Source: an uncultured Candidatus Saccharibacteria bacterium | Lineage (GTDB): Bacteria; Patescibacteriota; Saccharimonadia; Saccharimonadales; CAYOYH01 | Length of the DNA stretch: 64,000 nucleotides | Reading direction: 5' to 3' | NCBI GenBank assembly: GCA_964579475.1 | Contig: CAZOFP010000001.1 | Location: forward strand, 19,421 to 83,420 | In this document: positions 46,452 to 56,232 of the stretch, in pieces | Layout: each line of letters begins with the position of its first letter | Numbering within the stretch: position 1 is the stretch's first letter | The notes under the pieces: generated by a model | Told to the model about the DNA's origin: nothing | Seen by the model: the letters and a program-made list of their open reading frames with translations, nothing else | Database searches by the model: none | Program-made: the position numbers and the translations under genes

Positions 46452-47483
46452 CTACTTACGCAATCCGACGACCCTTTGGACATCTTCTAGCTTCGCATTC
46501 GCTATCATTCTGGCTTGTTTTTCGCCGCGCTCAAGCACTTTTTCGGCATCAGAGAGTGCAATATGTGAAAGCTTCTCGGCGAATTCTGCTAAAAACGTAC
46601 TAGTGACTTCGGCAACATACTCTTTCAGTTTACCGTATTCGTTTGAACCACTCCATTGGCTAGTCACCTCGTCTACGCTTCTGCCTTCCAGTAACGCACC
46701 AATCTGCAATAAGTTAGCTACTCCTGGCTGTTTGTCAAAATCGTAGCTCACCGAACCTTCGTTGTCTGTTTGAGCGGACATTATCTTCTTCCTTGCTTCG
46801 TCCGGCGTGTCTGTAAGCAAAATTGTGCCACTAGGGTCGTCAACTGATTTACTCATCTTTTTATCAGGATGTGCAAGCGATTTGATGCGTACACTGTAGT
46901 CACGCTTTGAAAACTCCAATTGCTCTTTCCACGGCTTTGGAACAGTAAAAAGCTCGCCAAACCTCTCGTTCATGCGCTTGGCGATAGTTCGAGTCAGCTC
47001 CATGTGCTGTTTTTGGTCATCACCCAAAGGTACATAATCTGCACTGTATAACAATATGTCAGCCGCCATCAAAATCGGATAGTTAAGAAGCCCCACGCTC
47101 ACAGGCTTACTTCCGAGTTTGACTGACTTATCCTTAAACTCCGTCATACGACTAGCTTCACCGTAGTACGTAAAACAACTCAGTATCCATTCAAGCTCAC
47201 TATGTGCAGGTATCTGACTCTGGCGATACAGAAGCGACTGCTCGTTGCGGGAATCAATACCCGCAGCCAAGAAGACTCGCACGTTCTCTAGTGAATTTTC
47301 GTACAGAGTGTCGTGGTCGACTGGTGTAGTAAAGCTGTGCAAGTCGGGTACGAACATGAAAAGCTGATCTTCTGCCCCTAGTGATTTTTGCAAATTAACC
47401 ATAGGTAAAATCGCACCAAGGTAATTACCCAGGTGCAGGTCGTTATTAGCTCGCAGTCCTGTCAGTATTGTGCTCATTAACAC
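46452..47483 (-). CDS. trpS: Tryptophan--tRNA ligase
   Basis: HIGH-class motif (LHLGNYLGA) and KMSKS. Confidence 0.95.
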   Translation of the reverse strand: MLMSTILTGLRANNDLHLGNYLGAILPMVNLQKSLGAEDQLFMFVPDLHSFTTPVDHDTLYENSLENVRVFLAAGIDSRNEQSLLYRQSQIPAHSELEWILSCFTYYGEASRMTEFKDKSVKLGSKPVSVGLLNYPILMAADILLYSADYVPLGDDQKQHMELTRTIAKRMNERFGELFTVPKPWKEQLEFSKRDYSVRIKSLAHPDKKMSKSVDDPSGTILLTDTPDEARKKIMSAQTDNEGSVSYDFDKQPGVANLLQIGALLEGRSVDEVTSQWSGSNEYGKLKEYVAEVTSTFLAEFAEKLSHIALSDAEKVLERGEKQARMIANAKLEDVQRVVGLRK

Positions 47484-47538
47484 AAATTATATCAGTTACA
47501 CGTTCAGCTTGAAACAACAACGGTTTACCAACGTGTGC

Positions 47539-47943
47539 CTATTCTAAAGAAAGATGTCCTGATTCAATTTTTCTTAAAAACTTCTCAGTGCCAGGATATA
47601 GGTCAAGTTTGAGAGCCTCGCTAACAGTGAACCATCCGTATTCTGAAGATTTCTTATCTAAAACAACTTTCTGTACATCACATTCGGCCTTCCAGAAATA
47701 TATCGTCTTTACCTTTGAGTCAGCAGGTTGGCTGTGAAGTCTCTTTACTGGAACTACCCTAAGACCGGTTTTCTCTCTTACCTCCCTAATGACGCATTCC
47801 TTTTCATTACCATCTATCTGTTCACAGATGCCGTGGGGCGGTGCCCAGAGGTCTAAGAATTCGCTTCTCGTCTCCTTCGTTAGTAGCAACTTACCGTTGT
47901 TGTAAATAATTGTAACAATTCCATAATCTTTGTATTTGTTCAT
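47539..47943 (-). CDS. NUDIX hydrolase
   Basis: Nudix box G.CEQIDGNEKECVIREVREKTGL. Start taken at MNKYKDYG (the track ORF extends further upstream). Confidence 0.75.
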   Translation of the reverse strand: MNKYKDYGIVTIIYNNGKLLLTKETRSEFLDLWAPPHGICEQIDGNEKECVIREVREKTGLRVVPVKRLHSQPADSKVKTIYFWKAECDVQKVVLDKKSSEYGWFTVSEALKLDLYPGTEKFLRKIESGHLSLE

Positions 47944-48417
47944 TGGTAAAATTATAGCATCTAGAACATGCGAGATCAGCTGTGCATTAGTCTTTCTTCT
48001 TAACTGGTACTTCAACGGTGACCCAGGTGTCGTCAAACTCGCATTCAAACACGCGTCTGTCGTATTCGACGTAGTCACTGCCGCTCTTTTCATTATTACT
48101 TACATCAGAGCTGACATTTTTCATTACTTCGTCGCAAACTGGACAATTCATACCAAAATTATATCAAAACTCTAAATCGTGTCTCAATAAACGATTATAA
48201 CTTTGTGACGGCCGTCTTGATTATTATAATCTGCGTATCTTCGCTGCAACTTAAGATTTGCTCAACAACTACCATCAATTCATTGATAACACTGGTTGAG
48301 CGACAGACAGAGTAGAGTTGGTTGAGAATTGTTAATTAGGAGGTATAGAATTTTGGAATGCTTGCATGAGGCGAGCTTGGTGTCTAGTGACACCATGCTC
48401 GCCTCCAATTTCGGCTC

Positions 48418-48771
48418 CTACTCGAGATCGGACGAATCAACGACAACGAGGTTGGGTACACCCGCCGCTGTCCTAATTGCCTCAATCACTCCTGGAACAA
48501 CTTCACTCCAGGAGTATGCTGGGTCCTTGCCGACCTGCACCTCCTTCTCGCTGATGGTCACATCACTTACTCCCTTGATTTGAAGAAGTTCAGTGAACAA
48601 ACTTCTTGTCACTGCGTGGTTCTCGCCTCGTAGGCGTTTCGGTGCTCCTCCGTACGGATCATACTGGCCATCGTTTCGCTCTGTCCTTTCAGTAACAGTT
48701 GCGATCTTGATCGTAGCGTAGAACCTACGCCATCCAGAGTTCACTCGATATACAACGATTCTTTGTACCAT
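48418..48771 (-). CDS. Hypothetical 117-aa protein with a structured 5' leader
   Basis: ORF with SD AGGAAGAAGGAAAAGA. The leader contains nested hairpins (CATCCGC...GCGGATG). No family recognised. Confidence 0.4.
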   Translation of the reverse strand: MVQRIVVYRVNSGWRRFYATIKIATVTERTERNDGQYDPYGGAPKRLRGENHAVTRSLFTELLQIKGVSDVTISEKEVQVGKDPAYSWSEVVPGVIEAIRTAAGVPNLVVVDSSDLE

Positions 48772-49129
48772 TCTTTTCCTTCTTCCTATCGTTTCTCAAC
48801 AGTTTACTCATCCGCACAGATAGCTAATCGCCAGAAGCTTTAGCTAGCAAAGCGGATGAGAAAACTCGTCTGTCTGTCAAAAAACAACAGTAAGGCCACG
48901 TTTAGCCCCACTATGTACTACACATTATGGCACGCTTTCAGCTTTCTGTCAAACTATTTCAGAAAAGAGCCTTATTAATCACTGACTTGAGTGCATGTAG
49001 CGAGTTCCTCCTGAGAAGTGACTGACTGGCTCAGGCGCTTCGGTTTCTTTACTAGAAAGGCGACGCGAGAAATGAAAGTGGCTGCATGGAAATACTGTTA
49101 CTTGAGCCCCGCAAGTTTCCAACGCACCT

Positions 49130-49158
49130 AGAAAAAAACCTCCCTGGGCAGAGGGAGG
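49130..49158 (-). terminator. Intrinsic terminator of the ribosomal-protein mega-operon (CCUCCCUCUGCCCAGGGAGG followed by U7 on the minus strand)
   Basis: Perfect 7-bp GC stem plus a 7-T run ~20 nt after the rpsI stop. Confidence 0.8.
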
Positions 49159-49178
49159 CCGTCCGTAGTGTCTGAGGA

Positions 49179-49583
49179 CTAACGCTTGGAGAACTGTTCT
49201 TTCTTACGAGCCTTACGAAGTCCGTACTTTTTCCGTTCCTTCTCGCGCGGGTCTCTTTTGAGCAGCCCAGCTTTTTTCAAAGTTGAGCGAAGATCGTCAT
49301 TCATTTCTGCAAGAGCTTTGGCTATAGCTAGCTTCATGGCATCTACTTGGCCAGGAGTACCGCCACCAGATACTCTGATAGTTACATCCAGAGCCTTTTC
49401 CTTACCAACAAGGGATAGCGGTTGATTTAAGTCCCAAATTAGTCGTTCGTCGTCACTCAGGTAAACATTGGCAGGCTTGTCGTTAATCGTGATGTTGCCT
49501 TTGCCACCGAATAGTCGGGCTCGAGCTGTTGCGCGTTTGCGCCGTCCTAGTCCGTAGTGATATGAATCTTTTTTAGTAGCCAT
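49179..49583 (-). CDS. rpsI: 30S ribosomal protein S9
   Basis: Conserved S9 C-terminus (GGGTPGQVDAMKLAIAKAL...KRDPREKERKK..). Confidence 0.95.
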   Translation of the reverse strand: MATKKDSYHYGLGRRKRATARARLFGGKGNITINDKPANVYLSDDERLIWDLNQPLSLVGKEKALDVTIRVSGGGTPGQVDAMKLAIAKALAEMNDDLRSTLKKAGLLKRDPREKERKKYGLRKARKKEQFSKR

Positions 49584-49586
49584 AGT

Positions 49587-50027
49587 CTAAACCTTCACTT
49601 TCTTAGGGTCTTGGGCTTGATGATCATGTTCGCTACCTGCAAATACTTTCAGTCGAGCCATACGTCCATCCTGCAATTTATTCTTTGGTAGCATGCCTTT
49701 TATCGCATCTTCGACAACTCCAGTGCTGTCACCTTTGTCCATCCGGCTTTTAAGATCCGTAGTTTTAAGCGCGCCAGGATAGTTCGAGTGACTATAGTAC
49801 TTCTTCGAAAGAAGCTTGTCGCCCGTTACCTTTAGCTTTTCGGCGTTAACTATCACTACGAAGTCGCCACAATCGATGTTCGGCGAGTACATTGGCTTAT
49901 TCTTGCCAGTTAGGTGTTTTGCGGCAACTGTTGCTACTCTGCCTAATGTATTTTCTGAAGCATCGAGTAGAAGCCATTTGCGTTCCACGTCTGTCGGTTT
50001 TGCTGAATATGTCTTTGCATTCTTCAT
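49587..50027 (-). CDS. rplM: 50S ribosomal protein L13
   Basis: Typical L13 N-terminus (KTYSAKPTDVERKW.L.DA....LGR.A). Confidence 0.95.
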   Translation of the reverse strand: MKNAKTYSAKPTDVERKWLLLDASENTLGRVATVAAKHLTGKNKPMYSPNIDCGDFVVIVNAEKLKVTGDKLLSKKYYSHSNYPGALKTTDLKSRMDKGDSTGVVEDAIKGMLPKNKLQDGRMARLKVFAGSEHDHQAQDPKKVKV

Positions 50028-50030
50028 TTC

Positions 50031-50489
50031 TTAGGCCTTTTTCACCTTCTCTTTGGCTTTTTCAGTCTTTTTGGCTGGTGGTTTTTTCGCCTTAGCCTTC
50101 TTAACTGGTTTAACCTCTTTACTGTCTTTAATCTCGTCAACAAACGAAACTTCCGCCATTTGAGTACCATCTCCTCTACGCAACAAAGTTTTCTTTAGTC
50201 TCAAGTAGCCACTGTCCCGCCCCGTGGTAGAGGGCGCGACGACTTCGAAAAGCTTGTTCGTAGCTTCAATACTGCCAAGAGTCGAAATAACTTGTCTTCG
50301 GTTGTGAAGATCACCTTTTTTTGCCTTAGTGACTAATTTTTCGGTAAACGGAATGACTTCTTTAGCTTTAGGAAGAGTAGTCTCGATGGACTCGTCCAAA
50401 ATCAGCGAAGTCGAAAGACCCTTTAGAAGAGCGCGACGTTGATCCCGCTTTCTGCCTAGTTTACGACCTTTGTACCCGTGTCTGTGCAT
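50031..50489 (-). CDS. rplQ: 50S ribosomal protein L17 with lysine-rich C-terminal tail
   Basis: L17 core (MHRHGYKGRKLGRK...RRALL) plus a ~25-aa K-rich extension. Confidence 0.9.
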   Translation of the reverse strand: MHRHGYKGRKLGRKRDQRRALLKGLSTSLILDESIETTLPKAKEVIPFTEKLVTKAKKGDLHNRRQVISTLGSIEATNKLFEVVAPSTTGRDSGYLRLKKTLLRRGDGTQMAEVSFVDEIKDSKEVKPVKKAKAKKPPAKKTEKAKEKVKKA

Positions 50490-50498
50490 ATCTCTTTC

Positions 50499-51428
50499 CT
50501 ACAGCTCCATCTCGGCTAATTTGTCTTTTACTTCGTCCATGGCTTTGGTGCCAAAACCCTTTAAGTCGCGCAGTTCGGCGCCACTAAGTGTGACCAGCTC
50601 TTTAATGGTCTTGATATCGTTATTTATCAGCGCGTTAGTTGTACGAGCCGACAGGTTTAGATCCTCTATAGGGGTATTGAGCTCGGACATATCGTCTTCC
50701 ACCTCTTCTGGCTCAGACAATGGAGCAGCTGCTTCTATACGCGTAGCACCAGAAAGTGCTTCGTACTGGCTAAGTAAAATTGCGTTAGCCTCTTCAAAAG
50801 CGTCTTTAGGTGTAATCGAGTCGTCAGTATTGATGGTAATGTGTAGTTTATCTAGGTTGGTAATCTGACCAACTCGAGTGTTAGAAACCTTATATCTTAC
50901 TCTAGTAATAGGGCTAAACAGTGAGTCTAGGGCAATCATGTCGGAAGGTACGTGTTTTGCGGTGTTTTCCTCGATTGCGCGGTAACCTCGGCCGACTTCT
51001 ACGATTAAGTCCATTACGAAACTAGCCTTGGCATCGTCAATGGTTGCAATAACATACTTCTTGTTAACGATTTCTACATCGGCGTTGACTTCGATATCGC
51101 CTGCAGTGACAGGGCCTTTGCCCTTTTTTACAATCCTTAGAGTCTGTGGCTCATCGGAGTAAACTTTGAAACGTACACCTTTTAGGTTCAGCATGATATC
51201 AACGATATCTTCTTTAACGCCTTTAACAGTGGTGAACTCGTGTGTTGCACCTTCGATTTTAAACGCCACGATAGCAGCGCCGCCGATACTAGTAAGCAAT
51301 ACTCGGCGCAACGAGTTGCCCAAAGTCATACCGTAACCGGTATGCAGTGGTTGCACCTCGAAAGTCGCACTTGTCTTGCTGTGCTCATCGATGTTTGATA
51401 ATTCTGGGGCGTGTATTGTCTTTGACAT
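50499..51428 (-). CDS. rpoA: DNA-directed RNA polymerase subunit alpha
   Basis: NTD and CTD (helix-hairpin-helix ELNLSARTTNAL) recognisable; canonical position after rpsD. Confidence 0.95.
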   Translation of the reverse strand: MSKTIHAPELSNIDEHSKTSATFEVQPLHTGYGMTLGNSLRRVLLTSIGGAAIVAFKIEGATHEFTTVKGVKEDIVDIMLNLKGVRFKVYSDEPQTLRIVKKGKGPVTAGDIEVNADVEIVNKKYVIATIDDAKASFVMDLIVEVGRGYRAIEENTAKHVPSDMIALDSLFSPITRVRYKVSNTRVGQITNLDKLHITINTDDSITPKDAFEEANAILLSQYEALSGATRIEAAAPLSEPEEVEDDMSELNTPIEDLNLSARTTNALINNDIKTIKELVTLSGAELRDLKGFGTKAMDEVKDKLAEMEL

Positions 51429-51452
51429 ATTCTTCTCCTCGCTCTTCTACTA

Positions 51453-52082
51453 CTAACGTGAGTAGTATTCTACGATTAATTGTTCATTTATATCCGGCTC
51501 TGCCTCTTCACGCTTGGGCTCGCCAGTTATCCTAATTTCCATCTTCTTAATGTCGCTTTTCAGCCAGCTAAGCGGTGGCTGTTCGACGTCTGTTGTGTAC
51601 TGCTCGATGTTCTTAAAGTATTCGGTTTTTTTACTTCTGGCTCTCGTTGTAATCACGTCGCCTTTCGAAACCTGAATAGAAGGTATGTCGATTCGTCGGC
51701 CGTTTAGTTCAAAGTGGCCATGGTTCACCAGTTGCCTGGCACCTCGTCTACTAGATGAAAATCCAGCACGATAAACTGCATTATCTAGTCGATTTTCCAG
51801 TAGTTTGATTAGGTTCTCGCCGGCAATTCCGTCGCGTCTAGAAGCTTCTTTCATTAAGTTACTAAACTGTTTCTCCATAAGCCCGTAAAGCCTTTTGACC
51901 TTTTGTTTCTCACGAAGTTGCAGGGAATACTGACTTGGCTTACCGCGCCGACGTCCACCAGTGTTACCACCAGCTTGTCCAGGTGGATTCGTTCGCTTGA
52001 CCATAATCTTGTGTGCTTTAGGGTGAAGTGCGTAACCTTCGCGTCGACTTTGCTTAGTTATTGGTGCTCTATCTCTACCCAT
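51453..52082 (-). CDS. rpsD: 30S ribosomal protein S4
   Basis: KQSRREG N-terminal block and S4 RNA-binding domain. Start taken at MGRDRAP. Confidence 0.9.
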   Translation of the reverse strand: MGRDRAPITKQSRREGYALHPKAHKIMVKRTNPPGQAGGNTGGRRRGKPSQYSLQLREKQKVKRLYGLMEKQFSNLMKEASRRDGIAGENLIKLLENRLDNAVYRAGFSSSRRGARQLVNHGHFELNGRRIDIPSIQVSKGDVITTRARSKKTEYFKNIEQYTTDVEQPPLSWLKSDIKKMEIRITGEPKREEAEPDINEQLIVEYYSR

Positions 52083-52083
52083 G

Positions 52084-52518
52084 TTAACCTCGCCTTGCCT
52101 TTCGTGGTCGACAACCGCCGTGAGGCGTGCCCGTGACATCTGTAATCGAATCGACAACGATATCTACGTTATGAAGGGCGCGCATAGCAGATTCTCGACC
52201 CATTCCGGTGCCTTTCACGAAAATATCAACCTTCTTTAGTCCATTGTTCTGTTTGGCGGTAGAAAGAGCTTTCTCACCTGCTACTTGAGCTGCGTAGGCT
52301 GTACCTTTTTTCGAACCGCGGAAACCACAGGCTCCAGCACTGGAAAAAGCAATGACGTTACCCTGTTTGTCGGTAACTGTAACAATGGTGTTGTTGAAAG
52401 TTGCTTGGATATGCACTTGCCCAACGGGAACAGACCGCTTCTTAGCCTTACCCTTAGATTTCGGCGCTACTGCAACAGTTTCTTCTACTGCTTCTGGTGT
52501 TTTTACATCTTCTGCCAT
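52084..52518 (-). CDS. rpsK: 30S ribosomal protein S11
   Basis: HIQATFNNTIVTVTD, GTPHGGCRPRKARR. Start taken at MAEDV. Confidence 0.9.
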   Translation of the reverse strand: MAEDVKTPEAVEETVAVAPKSKGKAKKRSVPVGQVHIQATFNNTIVTVTDKQGNVIAFSSAGACGFRGSKKGTAYAAQVAGEKALSTAKQNNGLKKVDIFVKGTGMGRESAMRALHNVDIVVDSITDVTGTPHGGCRPRKARRG

Positions 52519-52528
52519 GATTTCTTTC

Positions 52529-52915
52529 CTAGGTCTTAGTCGCCGATTTAGGTTGCGCACCACCAACTGCTATTCGCTTACCACGTCTAGTTCGGGCATT
52601 GGTTTTAGTTCGTTGACCGCGCGATGGAAGATTTCTGGAATGTCTTGAGCCTCTGTAGGAATTAATGTCTTTAAGTCGTTTAATGTTAGTCCGCACTCGA
52701 CGTTGCAGCTCGCCCTCTACGGTGAGGTTTTCGCTAATGTAATCGCGTATTTTCTTCAGTTCTGACTCAGTAAGGTCTTTAACCCGAGTCTCGCCAGATA
52801 CTCCTGTATGACCAAGTATCTTCTTGGACGTGGTTAGACCAATTCCATGCACATAGGTCAGGGCAACGACTGTTCGCTTATCTGTGGGGATGGTGACTCC
52901 AGCAACTCGCGCCAT
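52529..52915 (-). CDS. rpsM: 30S ribosomal protein S13
   Basis: [10 protein letters not shown]..., typical S13. Confidence 0.95.
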   Translation of the reverse strand: MARVAGVTIPTDKRTVVALTYVHGIGLTTSKKILGHTGVSGETRVKDLTESELKKIRDYISENLTVEGELQRRVRTNIKRLKDINSYRGSRHSRNLPSRGQRTKTNARTRRGKRIAVGGAQPKSATKT

Positions 52916-53031
52916 TAACCTTGCCTCTGCTTGTGTTTAGGTTTTTTCTTGTTGATAACGTAAACTCGACCTTTTCTTCGGACGATTTGGTCATCTGGAC
53001 TCATTTTCTTGACGCTAGCTCTTACTTTCAT
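52915..53031 (-). CDS. rpmJ: 50S ribosomal protein L36, cysteine-free (zinc-independent) form
   Basis: Not in the ORF track (38 aa). The reverse-strand ORF encodes [38 protein letters not shown], the L36 consensus with the Zn-ligand Cys replaced by S/D/N. TAATG overlap with rpsM. Confidence 0.8.
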   Translation of the reverse strand: MKVRASVKKMSPDDQIVRRKGRVYVINKKKPKHKQRQG

Positions 53032-53037
53032 CTTTCC

Positions 53038-53256
53038 TTAGTTCCTGTAGGTTATTCTACCTTTGGTTAAGTCATACGGTGTTAGCTCAACTGTAACCTC
53101 GTCACCAGGGACAATACGGATGTAATGCTTGCGCATTCTTCCAGCTACATGGGCAATAATCTCGTGACCGTTCTCCAGCTCAACTCTAAACTGAGCGCTG
53201 GGGAGGGTTTCAGTGATTTTACCGGTTAACTCTATAACTTCTTTTTTGCTCGCCAT
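53038..53256 (-). CDS. infA: Translation initiation factor IF-1
   Basis: S1-like OB fold; near-consensus IF-1 sequence. Confidence 0.95.
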   Translation of the reverse strand: MASKKEVIELTGKITETLPSAQFRVELENGHEIIAHVAGRMRKHYIRIVPGDEVTVELTPYDLTKGRITYRN

Positions 53257-53270
53257 AATTACAAGGGTGG

Positions 53271-53299
53271 ATTATACAGTAGTCCATCAGATGTGTAAA
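53271..53299 (-). promoter_or_regulatory. Candidate internal promoter (TTTACA - 17 nt - TATAAT on the minus strand) directly upstream of infA
   Basis: Consensus -10 and near-consensus -35 in the 124-nt secY-infA spacer. Would give a very short infA leader. Confidence 0.4.
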
Positions 53300-53380
53300 C
53301 ACTTTTATACACTTTAAACATACCGACCCTCTAAGGCGTTTAGTACATTTTACAAAAAAAGTGTTCCTACATCAAGCAGA

Positions 53381-54778
53381 TTAAGCTTGATCGTAGGTTA
53401 CCATCAGTGCCCGAGATTCCACCTGTCGGAGCGTTTCTATGGCTACAGATACAACAATCAAGAGACCGGTGCCACCAATTGTCAGCTGATCGGTGCCGAG
53501 CAACGCTTGGGCGATGAATGGAGTCAGAGCCAAGAAACCTAAGCTGATTGAGCCAATGAAGTTAAGTCTAGACACAATCTTCTTCAGATACTCCTCTGTT
53601 TGTTTGCCCGGACGAATGCCCGCAATAAAACCACCCTGATTCTGTAGATTCTCGGCAATCTGTTTAGCGTTAAACACGATACCCGTATAAAAATACGTAA
53701 ACAAAATCACCAAGAGGAAGTAAACCGTCGGGTATATCCATGGGTTACCCTGAGTAATTGTGCCCTGTGAACCAGTAGTCTGGAACCAGCCGATAAGGTT
53801 CACCCCCCAGCCAGACAAAAGAGCAGAATCTGTATTTTGCAGTAGCTGACCAACAAAGCTTGGTACGGACAAGAACGCCACAGCGAAGATAATCGGAATG
53901 ACTCCAGCAATGATTAGTTTTATCGGTAGTACGCTGTCCACCCCACCGTACGCTCTGTTGCCTTGGACTCGTTTGGCATAGCTAACAGTAATCACCCTCT
54001 GGGCTTCGTTAAGCTTGACTACGAAATAGACCAACAACAAAGATACGAGTAAGAACGCACCTAATATCATTACTAGAGTTAAGTTGACCGGCACTACAAA
54101 TAATCCAAAGAATTCATATTGAATCCCTCCGCCAAAGCTTGCCACGATAGAACTGTAAATAGTCGCAAATATCGTTGGAAACTGGCTGATTATACCAGCG
54201 AAAATTAGCAACGAAATACCGTTACCAACACCTTGTTCGGTCATAAGTTCACCTATCCACATAAGCAGCATCGAACCAGCCGTAAGCGCTGTTATCATCA
54301 ATGTCCACTGTAGAATCGATGCGCCAGAAGCAATATCGATACCGCTGATACTGCTGGCTTGCTGACGGATTAACAGGAGTATACCGATGGACTGGATGAT
54401 GGACAGTGGTAGCGTCGCCAACCTGGTGTACTGGTTAATCTTTCTACGGCCACTCTCGCCATCTTCAGAAATCTCCTCAAGTTTGGGCACAGCCTTTTGT
54501 AGTAGCTGCATGATAATTGAGGCATTAATGTAGGGCCCAAGACCCATCAGAACAATAGAGAAATTACTAAGTGCACCACCTGAGAGGAGATCCAAAAACC
54601 CTAGTAGTTGTTGGGAATTGAACAAACTATCGAGTAGCTGTCTAAGCTGTGTTGGTTCGTCTAGAGGTATCGGAATAAAGGACAGTGCACGGAAAATAAG
54701 CATCATGACAGCGACCCATATAAATCGCTTTCGCATATCGGCATTTTTGAATGCTTTCGCGATAGTCCCCCAACTCAC
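53381..54778 (-). CDS. secY: Preprotein translocase subunit SecY
   Basis: 10-TM topology and conserved SecY blocks; canonical position after rplO. Confidence 0.95.
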   Translation of the reverse strand: MSWGTIAKAFKNADMRKRFIWVAVMMLIFRALSFIPIPLDEPTQLRQLLDSLFNSQQLLGFLDLLSGGALSNFSIVLMGLGPYINASIIMQLLQKAVPKLEEISEDGESGRRKINQYTRLATLPLSIIQSIGILLLIRQQASSISGIDIASGASILQWTLMITALTAGSMLLMWIGELMTEQGVGNGISLLIFAGIISQFPTIFATIYSSIVASFGGGIQYEFFGLFVVPVNLTLVMILGAFLLVSLLLVYFVVKLNEAQRVITVSYAKRVQGNRAYGGVDSVLPIKLIIAGVIPIIFAVAFLSVPSFVGQLLQNTDSALLSGWGVNLIGWFQTTGSQGTITQGNPWIYPTVYFLLVILFTYFYTGIVFNAKQIAENLQNQGGFIAGIRPGKQTEEYLKKIVSRLNFIGSISLGFLALTPFIAQALLGTDQLTIGGTGLLIVVSVAIETLRQVESRALMVTYDQA

Positions 54779-54812
54779 TTACACCTCCTAAGTTTAGATA
54801 ATTTTTAAACTA

Positions 54813-55283
54813 CTACGCAGTAGTTGGCTTTTTGCTTCTAGCCTTTGGCGTCGCCACAACGCTGAAGGATCCACCGGCACTTTCAATCGCTTTTTGTGCG
54901 TTTTTTGACGCCGCTTGAAGCGCAACAGTCTTCTTCGACTTTAACTGTCCACTACTAACTACTCTAACAGGCGTATCAATCTTTTCAACAATATGGCTAG
55001 CATGAAGCGTCTTATTATCGATCACTGCACCCTTGACTCTTTCTAAGTCACTAAGGGAAATCGTCTGGGATTTAGTATGCCTACTGGTAAAACCTGGAAG
55101 TTTTGGTATACGTTGCATCAGTGGATTTTGGCCACCTTCAAAACCTAGTCGAGTTCCGCCGCCGGTTCTGGAATTTTGTCCTTTAGTGCCGCGGCCTGCA
55201 GTTTTGCCACCGCCAGCGCTAATTCCACGACCGACGCGTTTGCGGTTCTTTGTCGAAGTAGTTTTTAGCTCGTGATATTTCAT
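54813..55283 (-). CDS. rplO: 50S ribosomal protein L15
   Basis: G-rich N-terminus (GRGISAGGGKTAGRGTKGQ). Confidence 0.95.
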   Translation of the reverse strand: MKYHELKTTSTKNRKRVGRGISAGGGKTAGRGTKGQNSRTGGGTRLGFEGGQNPLMQRIPKLPGFTSRHTKSQTISLSDLERVKGAVIDNKTLHASHIVEKIDTPVRVVSSGQLKSKKTVALQAASKNAQKAIESAGGSFSVVATPKARSKKPTTA

Positions 55284-55873
55284 TATTTGGCTCCTGCCTT
55301 GGCCTTCTTCGCAGCTGGCTTCTTTACGGTCTTCTTTTCCTTTGTCTCTTTAGGTTCCGCCTCTTCTTTCGTTGGCGTTTTCTTGCCCTGTCTAGTCACC
55401 CACTTGTCTGCAGGAACTAGTGCGCCGAGCGCCTCAAGCGTTGCGTAAGCAACATTGACCTTGTTCGAGGAGCCAAGCGATTTTGAAAGTATATCCTGAA
55501 TACCTGTCACGTCTAGCACAGCGCGAACAGTACCACCAGCGATTATGCCTGTTCCTGGACTGGCTGGTTTGAGCAGAATATTCGCACCACTGTGTTTGTA
55601 CTGGGTCACATGCGGAATGGTTGTCTTGTAAGTAGAGATGGTTATCATCTGTTTCTTGGCCACCTCGACAGCTTTAGAAATGGCAGCCTGAACGTCCGAA
55701 CCCTTAGACACGCCAATTCCAATTCGGTTTTTGCCGTCGCCAATAACTACTAGCGCACGGAACCTGAATCTCCGGCCACCTTTAACCACTCGTGACACAC
55801 GGTCAATGGTGATTACTTGTTCGTTAAACTCTTTCTTTTCTGGTTCGTAATGTCTGCGGTCGTCTCTTGCCAT
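55283..55873 (-). CDS. rpsE: 30S ribosomal protein S5 with K-rich C-terminal tail
   Basis: S5 dsRBD and C-domain plus a ~30-aa lysine-rich extension. No rpmD (L30) gene between rpsE and rplO. Confidence 0.95.
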   Translation of the reverse strand: MARDDRRHYEPEKKEFNEQVITIDRVSRVVKGGRRFRFRALVVIGDGKNRIGIGVSKGSDVQAAISKAVEVAKKQMITISTYKTTIPHVTQYKHSGANILLKPASPGTGIIAGGTVRAVLDVTGIQDILSKSLGSSNKVNVAYATLEALGALVPADKWVTRQGKKTPTKEEAEPKETKEKKTVKKPAAKKAKAGAK

Positions 55874-55875
55874 GA

Positions 55876-56232
55876 TTAGAACTCCAGTCCTTCCTGCCTA
55901 GCCGCATCGGCTAGTTCTTTTACTCTTCCATGATATAGTTTACCGTTTCGGTCGAAAACAACTTGGCTGACTTTGGCGATTTTGGCTTTTTTAGCAATCT
56001 CCGTACCAACCCATTTAGCCTTTTCGCTCATGCTACCCTTTAGGGCAGTATTACTCTCGGTTGTTACAGAGGCCACAGTCTTAGACTTGCTGTCGTCGAT
56101 AAGCTGTGCAGCAATCTGTTTGTTGCTGACAAACACGCTTAGGCGTGGTTTTTCAGTCGTGCCTTTGACGCGTTTTTGGATGCGTTGTTTACGAAGAGCT
56201 AGTCCTGTTCGTTTATGATTTAGTCTATTCAT
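55876..56232 (-). CDS. rplR: 50S ribosomal protein L18
   Basis: Typical L18 (RLSVF.S.K.I.AQ.IDD). Confidence 0.95.
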   Translation of the reverse strand: MNRLNHKRTGLALRKQRIQKRVKGTTEKPRLSVFVSNKQIAAQLIDDSKSKTVASVTTESNTALKGSMSEKAKWVGTEIAKKAKIAKVSQVVFDRNGKLYHGRVKELADAARQEGLEF

